DNA of 63,666 nucleotides, filler included. It is 7 parts of 7 records of this genome, joined end to end, with 100 filler letters (N's around TTAATTAATTAA, not from the genome) between each part and the next. Parts side by side here need not be neighbours in the genome. Positions count along the whole stretch, not along the records: positions 46,571 to 58,310 come from SRR2962707_2898; positions 58,411 to 63,666 come from SRR2962707_3006; 5 more parts are not named here. One strand, written 5' to 3'. The position numbers were made by a program, and so were the translations under genes. Shown one piece after another: positions 57,958-63,666 of the stretch; the stretch's first letter is position 1, and the number at the start of each line of letters is the position of its first letter. Below the pieces are notes generated by a model that did no database searches, was not told the origin of the DNA, and saw only the letters and a list, made by a program, of their open reading frames with translations.

Positions 57958-58013
57958 GTGAAAGGTAAAAAGGTAAAAAGGTAAAAAGGTAAAAGGTGAA
58001 AGGTGAAAGGTGA
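57958..58013. repeat. 7-8 bp tandem repeat (GTRAAA(A)G)n
   Basis: gtgaaag gtaaaaag gtaaaaag gtaaaaag gtaaaag gtgaaag gtgaaag gtga. Confidence 0.85.
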
Positions 58014-58114
58014 CTGGGAAATAATCAATGGCGAATACAGACCTCCCGATGGGAAAAGTAACTTCGCTAGGCTCTTTTCAATTAAGAGCCTAGAAAATTA
58101 GGTGTTTTATTGTG

Positions 58115-58310
58115 TTACAAACTCTTTTTCGGTGGTAGGGCGACATTGGCAAAGATTAAGCCTGCCACTAGCGACATAAATATCAGGAATGTTTGTTGAC
58201 CAATGTGCTCAGCGTAAACAAAATCTTGGCCTTCTATTAAGGAATTTAAACCAATATAGGTTTTACTTCCCGGTACTAAAACAATCAAGCCTTGCATGGC
58301 AACAATTGAG
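58115..58310 (-). CDS. Threonine/serine exporter (ThrE-like), C-terminal fragment
   Basis: QGLIVLVPGSKTY...MSLVAGLIFANVALPP. Confidence 0.7.
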
Positions 58311-58410
58311 NNNNNNNNNNNNNNNNNNNNNNNNNNNNNNNNNNNNNNNNNNNNTTAATTAATTAANNNNNNNNNNNNNNNNNNNNNNNNNNNNNNNNNN
58401 NNNNNNNNNN
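58311..58410. other. Artificial contig linker
   Basis: N44-TTAATTAATTAA-N44. Confidence 0.99.
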
Positions 58411-61400
58411 CCAAACTTGACAGAGCGGAATCCCTCCATATTTTCAGCTGACGTTCCACAAAGCGTCCACGAGTCGTTCGGCCCAAAGCGGTACTCAATG
58501 CAGTTGGAAACACTGGTGTCCTCGGCCATAATTAGATCCTGGACAGTCAGAATGGAGTACTGGTCTTCAGCCAAACCGGGCGAGGCGGATGCGATCGCAG
58601 TCTCGCCGTTAGGAATCACCAAGACCAACTCCTCGAGCTCCTCCTCGTCCTCGTTCATGCACACTACCGCCACAGTAAACTGTCCTGGTTCTTCGTCAGC
58701 AGCGGAGAGGTACAACGCTGAACGTTCGTCCGAAATGTGGAAGATTTTTTGAGGAATGAAGTTGACATCCTCGACCTCAAAAGTTGTTGCCATGATAGCC
58801 TTGCCTAATCCAGAATCGTTTGGCAAGGGAGTTGCCGTGGGCTCAGATGCCTTCACCGCACCGCCGCCACTACCAGAAGCAGGGGCGTCTAAGAACAGCT
58901 GGATTCGCGGAAGGTCGTACACGACAGCGCTATCTGCTGCGCTCGCGAAATCTCCTTCCAGCACTATGTAGTTGTGGGGCCAGACGAATTCCTCTTTGGC
59001 CTCTGCAGAGTTAGCGTGTTCAGCAACGCTAGCTCGCAGAGCCGCTTCAAGCAGCGCGCGTTCACTCTCAGGGTTGGCGTGTTCCTCAGCAAATTTGCCA
59101 GCAGCAGTGTTGAATTGCTCAGTGTCCTCGTTGTAAAGTTTGCCAGCAGAAGAATTCAGAGAATCGCCAGGCGACTGGTTGGCAAGCAGCTCAAGCACCT
59201 GCACCAGCATGAAGCGAATGTTCTTCTTTGGGGACCAATCGGCACCGTAAAGGAGGTTCGGGCAAGGAGAACCTGCAGTTGTGACGTTGCAGTGAAAAAT
59301 CTTCGTCTTGAAGGTCAAAACGGGTGGGCCCAACGGGTACTCCTTCGGGATGGCGATTGAGACGCGGAAGAGGCCCTTTTCGTAGGGCGAGCCTGCAGGG
59401 CCTTGGATCAACAGCTGCGGATTGAAGATATCGGCGTCGTTGACGAACAGCTCCACACCGTCAATGGGGCTTGCCAACAAGTCCTTAATCTCATTGCGCA
59501 CACGCTTGATGGTCTTCACACTATGACCGGTGGGTTGCTTGCCAGACGTCTTGGCATCCTTGAACGCCTGGAATAACGTTGGCTCTTTGGCGCCGGCTCC
59601 AGATGCTTGCCACAGGCACTGCCCTGCCGAGTAAAACTCCTTGGCGACCACATCAGGAAATAAGCCTTTAATGTGCGTGGCCAGGCCCGAGCCAGTCATT
59701 GAGCCTCCATTCTGCACCTTGATGGTGTCCCACACGCTGAACCCCTCGGCGGGGGCAACTTTGTGCAGAACGGTCACGCCGGTGGCAGGGTCTTCGATAA
59801 CATTGCGCTCCTTGAACACCACAACATCGGGCAAGTCTTCCTGGACAAAGTTGCACGTGGACAAGTCCATCGTGAGGCCCTTGTGTAGCTTGGTTTCCAC
59901 AGACAACAGGTGCTTGGCGATTTCGATCATCTGAGCTCCACAGATCGACGCAGTCGCCGTCGCGATGGCAGCGAGGATGTTGCCGGCAGTCACGCGCACG
60001 TAATCTGACGTTGATTCGTCAATGTAGTAGTTGTGGGAGCGTTCGTTGCAGGCCGCGGTAATCCAGTCAATGTGATGGTTGTCGTCCTCGTCCTTCTCAA
60101 ACTCCATTTCCTGGATGGTCTCGCCTGTCGAGGGGATGGCATCGAGCTTTTCCAACAGAGACTCGATGCTCTCATCGGCCTCCTTTTCGGCAGTCTCTGG
60201 TGTCCATTCGGTCTCAGGAATATCCTTGGCAATGGTGGCCACTTCATCGGCACTCGGGCGTTGGAGGCCCAAGATATCGGACATGATACAAGCTGTGTGA
60301 AACACGAAATCTGTGTACCGCTTGGACGCATGGTCATGTGCAGTGCGCGGGAAGCGTTTGCGGCCCCGCCAGAATGGGCCCAGGTCCACCCCCGTCTCCT
60401 TTTCAATGTTTGGCGGCCCCCCTGGTTGGCCAAGGTCTCGCGGGAAGTCGTGCGTCAACTTCCGAATTGCAGTATTGAAGAAGCGATCATATGCTTCAGC
60501 ACCTACGCGCACCACGGCGGCCACTTGCTCGGATCGGTCTTCCAACTTCGCGATCTTCGAGTACTCAGTCCACGCCAGCGTATTGCGCAGCATGTCCTTC
60601 TTTTCTTCCTCACTTGCGCTGGAAATATTGCGCAGGAAAGCGGCGGAGTCTTTTTGCAGCTTGTTGTAGTATCCTGCGCCAACCTCAAACAAGTCTCGGA
60701 ACATATTCTTTGCCCAGCCAACACAGTGGGACGCCAAAAAAGGAAAGTTGGTCAAAGTGCACATGGCAATCGGCCCTGTGTTGGTGTCGGTGTCGTGGTA
60801 GTGGTCGGACTTTCCAGGAAGGTGCACCGAAAGACTGGCTTGAGTGGAGAGAGTACCCGACTCAAAAAGCGGGGTGGAGTGCAACAGGCATTTGGAGTCC
60901 GTGTAGGTTCGCGCCTTAACGTTGTCCAGGGCGTTGAGTACGAAGTCCAGCCCATCCCAGAATTCATCAGTGAACTCGGTTTCGGTGTTCGGCTCAACGC
61001 GGGTTTCGTGTACACGCAGACCACGGCGAAGATCGGGGTTCATCACGCATGCCACGTCGCCTGCGGATGCTGATTTCAACTTCTTCACATGATGACGGCG
61101 GAACAAGAACTGGCGACTCAAGTTCGACAGCTCAATAACATCATCGTCAGTGATGTGCACTTCTCCGGATGATCCCTCGGGGCCACACCCAGCCCCCATC
61201 AGCGCAAGATTCTTCAGGTACTCGCAGCCCAGGGCGCCGCAGCCAACCTGGAAAACTTTGAGGTTGAACACCTTGTCCTGGAAACTGCTGCCGAAGAGTG
61301 CGATCTGGTGGTCATAGCGAGACGGCGAAGCTGCGTCGAGGGTCATGTCCTCGGCGACTGACGTTGGAACAATTTCCAAAGCTTCGTAGTGCAGCCACTG

Positions 61401-62618
61401 ACGCAGGGGCGTGTACTTGCCGGTGTGCTTCATTGCTTCCTGGGCGACGATACCGCCAAGGAACGCGCAGAGCCCATTGAATCGGGTACGTGCGAACAAG
61501 GCCACCTTTGTTACCATGTCGCTCGCCACCTCATTTCCCTCGCCAAATTCTTTTGGCGCAAACTCGCCAACGCAACGCTCAGCGTCCTTCGCACTGTGCA
61601 AAGCAGGGAGTTCGCCATTGTTGGCGTCCTGGAATGCCAGAAGAGTCCGGCGCGTTGCATGGAGGTTCTCGAACCCCATCCCGAACATGTAGTTCTTGGC
61701 AAAGTCAATATGGTTCTCACAGAATACTGGCGCCTTGAGCGACTCACTCAGCGGAAGGTAGTCGAAGAATTCGGGGACTTTGACAGTCTTGACAATGCCA
61801 CCCGCAGAGTACGGCGTCAGCCCCTTCACAAACGTACCGAAAGATTCTGCGTCGCCCTGCTCTTCCCACGGGGCATCAGGGGACTTGCGGGTGAAGCTCT
61901 TTTGAACGATCAAGCGGCGCTTGTTCTTCGGGTCCACGTTGACCTGCACCATTGCGCCGTTGATTCCATCAAGACCTTCGACATTGGATATGGAGATGTG
62001 GTCGCCATTGTCCAAGAGTTTGCGCTCATCGGAATCCAAAACGATTTCGACAAGACCTGCATCTGAGACATACAGCGACTCGATCGGGAAGTTGCGATCG
62101 GGCGCCCCGGTTTTGTCAAAAACCTCGTGCTGTTTACCAAAGTCGGTAAATACAGTGCCGAAGAGACCAGTTGCAGTGGCGTAGATGAAAGTCACACCAT
62201 TCGCATGGCACCAGTCGCTGTGAGCAATGAGCTCGGATGGAGCGCGGTCGTCAGTGAAGACAACCACGTTGAACTTGCCCAGAACTTCAGGGGTGACAGC
62301 ACCAGTCAGGACTGCGAAGTTGACGTTTGGGTTGATGGACTGCAACTCTGTTGAGCAAGCTTCGGCTCGCGATTTCTTGCCAATGTCCTCGGCTGTCAAG
62401 TAAAAGTTCACGCCAAGATCAGCGTGAGAAACGATGGTGTCGTCGTGCACGGCAACAGACCCAGGGCCTGTCAACAGAAGGTTCTTGGCGGTCTCAATGC
62501 CGAGGCCATCAAGGCCAAAGATTGCCATTTTCAACTGTTTCAGTTTGCCAACCATCTTGGCACCATATGCAGCCTGCATACGGCTCAGGTCTTCTTTGAT
62601 TGGCTGTTTCTCCGCCAT
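58411..62618 (-). CDS. UBA1-like ubiquitin-activating enzyme E1 with an inserted E2 (UBC) domain and an extra C-terminal domain; 3'-truncated, no intron evident
   Basis: GLGIETAKNLLL, GGIVAQEAMK...KYTPLRQW, SRYDHQIALFG, VGCGALGCE, SNLSRQFLFR, ALDNVKAR, catalytic AMCTLTNFP, FEKDEDDNHHID, AIATATA; then UBC GPAGSPYEKGLF...YPLGPP...KIFHCNV...PC...WSP. Confidence 0.92.
59075..59520 (-). other. UBC/E2 domain inside the E1 ORF
   Basis: KRVRNEIKDL helix 1, HCN motif, Cys codon at 59262-59264, WSP, LNSSAGKLY. Confidence 0.9.
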
Positions 62619-63014
62619 GATTTCAACGAAGTGTGTTACTGTTCTGAAGCGCGAGCCCAAAAAAAAAAAAAAAAAAAAAGTTTGGTGTACGTGCGGAAAA
62701 GAAAAGAAGAAAAATCGATGCTCCTCTCACTGCACCAAACCAAACAGAAAAGAAAAGGAACAAAAAAGCAACGAAGCTTTCAAAGCGCTGCTCGCATCCG
62801 CGCACGCCACGCGTTTCACTCACGCCCAAGCTGACGGGCACGTTTCCAGCGCCATCCCAACACCCAGTTCAAAATGACCGCTTCGCCACGAACGAAACGT
62901 GCAGTTGTTTACTCAGGAGCAGCAGCAGCAGCAGCATTAACACCAGCAGTTGGACCCGCAAGAGACGGAGGGAGGGCGCAGTTTGGAAGACTGTGCGAGA
63001 GTCTGGACAGACGC

Positions 63015-63130
63015 ACGAAGTGAGCGAGCAACGGAGTGCGTGAGCAAGTGAGTGTGTGAGTGCGCACAGTGAGGAGTGCGTGCGCAAGTGAGTGAGTGAG
63101 AGTCTGTGTGAGCGCGTAGCGCGTGAGCGA
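63015..63130. repeat. GTGA/GAGT-rich low-complexity tract upstream of the E1 gene
   Basis: gtgagcaagtgagtgtgtgagtg...gtgagtgagtgagagt. Confidence 0.65.
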
Positions 63131-63632
63131 GCGGCCAGATTCTGTGAACACGTCAAACACTGTGAGCTCTCCCAACAACTTATTAAAAAGTTCTGAGTTC
63201 TATTGTTGCTGTATATACGTGTGCTTCAGAGGTATTATTATTGCACTTGAGCGCTTTTAAAACCATGAATCCACCTTTCGAGCTGGGAGGTCGCTCGCTG
63301 CCAACACCGAATTCGAAGACCTCCTTAACAAGAAGAACATAACAGATTGAGTCACTGAAGATACCATATGAACGGTGAATAACTAATGAAAACGATGATG
63401 AACCCACTCACAACATACATCACTCTCACTCGCTCACTCCCACACACTTCCAGTAGAGTAGTGAGTTGATGTAGCCAAGTGTATGTGGATCGGAGGGAGC
63501 CGAAGGAAGGAGTGGGGGAGATTGACCACTGTTCGAATGCCGGTGTCTTGGTTTCACCACTCCATGGTCTTGATGAGTCCATTGATCTGGACTACTCAGT
63601 GGATGTCAGTGAGCAGTTCATCAATACCCAGC

Positions 63633-63666
63633 CATAACATACATACATACATACATAACATACATA
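63633..63666. repeat. (ACAT)n microsatellite
   Basis: cataacatacatacatacatacataacatacata at the window end. Confidence 0.85.

Noticed and set aside
57958-58013. Short repeats, as a CRISPR array
   Set aside because: Contiguous 7-8 bp units without spacers.
7036-58410. Recurring TTAATTAATTAA flanked by N runs, as a biological repeat or insertion site
   Set aside because: Identical 100-nt construct at all six junctions with stops in six frames; it is a concatenation linker.
60033-62066. Plus-strand ORFs (346 and 225 aa) opposite the E1 gene
   Set aside because: Shadow frames of a well-supported coding strand.
63183-63600. Short ORFs at the window end
   Set aside because: No motifs, low-complexity context, and too little sequence to call a gene or retroelement.

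Overview
This window is not one locus. It is seven unrelated contigs joined by six artificial 100-nt linkers (N44-TTAATTAATTAA-N44). Contig 1 (1-7035) is Rhodobacteraceae-like housekeeping DNA: rpsU, Lrp-ald, mscL, pheT. Contig 2 (7136-20229) is eukaryotic and intron-containing. It carries one ~11-kb NO VEIN/sacsin-like gene with a GHKL ATPase and a C-terminal DUF3883-like nuclease fold, plus an apparent internal PAZ RNA-binding domain. Contig 3 (20330-26063) is alphaproteobacterial: MATE, AraC, LMW-PTP, fructosamine kinase, cytochrome c', folE. Contig 4 (26164-40445) is Rhizobiales-like: GPR/RgsE-like protein, fdx-folPBK, ycjXF, sixA, dksA, cckA, and two tandem 51-aa genes missed by the ORF track. 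Contig 5 (40546-46470) is eukaryotic, with a spliced GH78 rhamnosidase and a PhyH-like dioxygenase. Contig 6 (46571-58310) is Pseudoalteromonas-like: two TonB-dependent receptors, a CadC/ToxR-like regulator, a Sel1-TonB_C protein and an S9 peptidase. Contig 7 (58411-63666) is eukaryotic, with a UBA1-like E1 that has an intact E2 (UBC) domain inserted inside its ubiquitin-fold domain. The two best candidates for new biology are the NOV-PAZ-nuclease protein and the E1-E2 fusion. All calls rest on motif recognition by eye; no database searches were run, and taxonomic labels are impressions.
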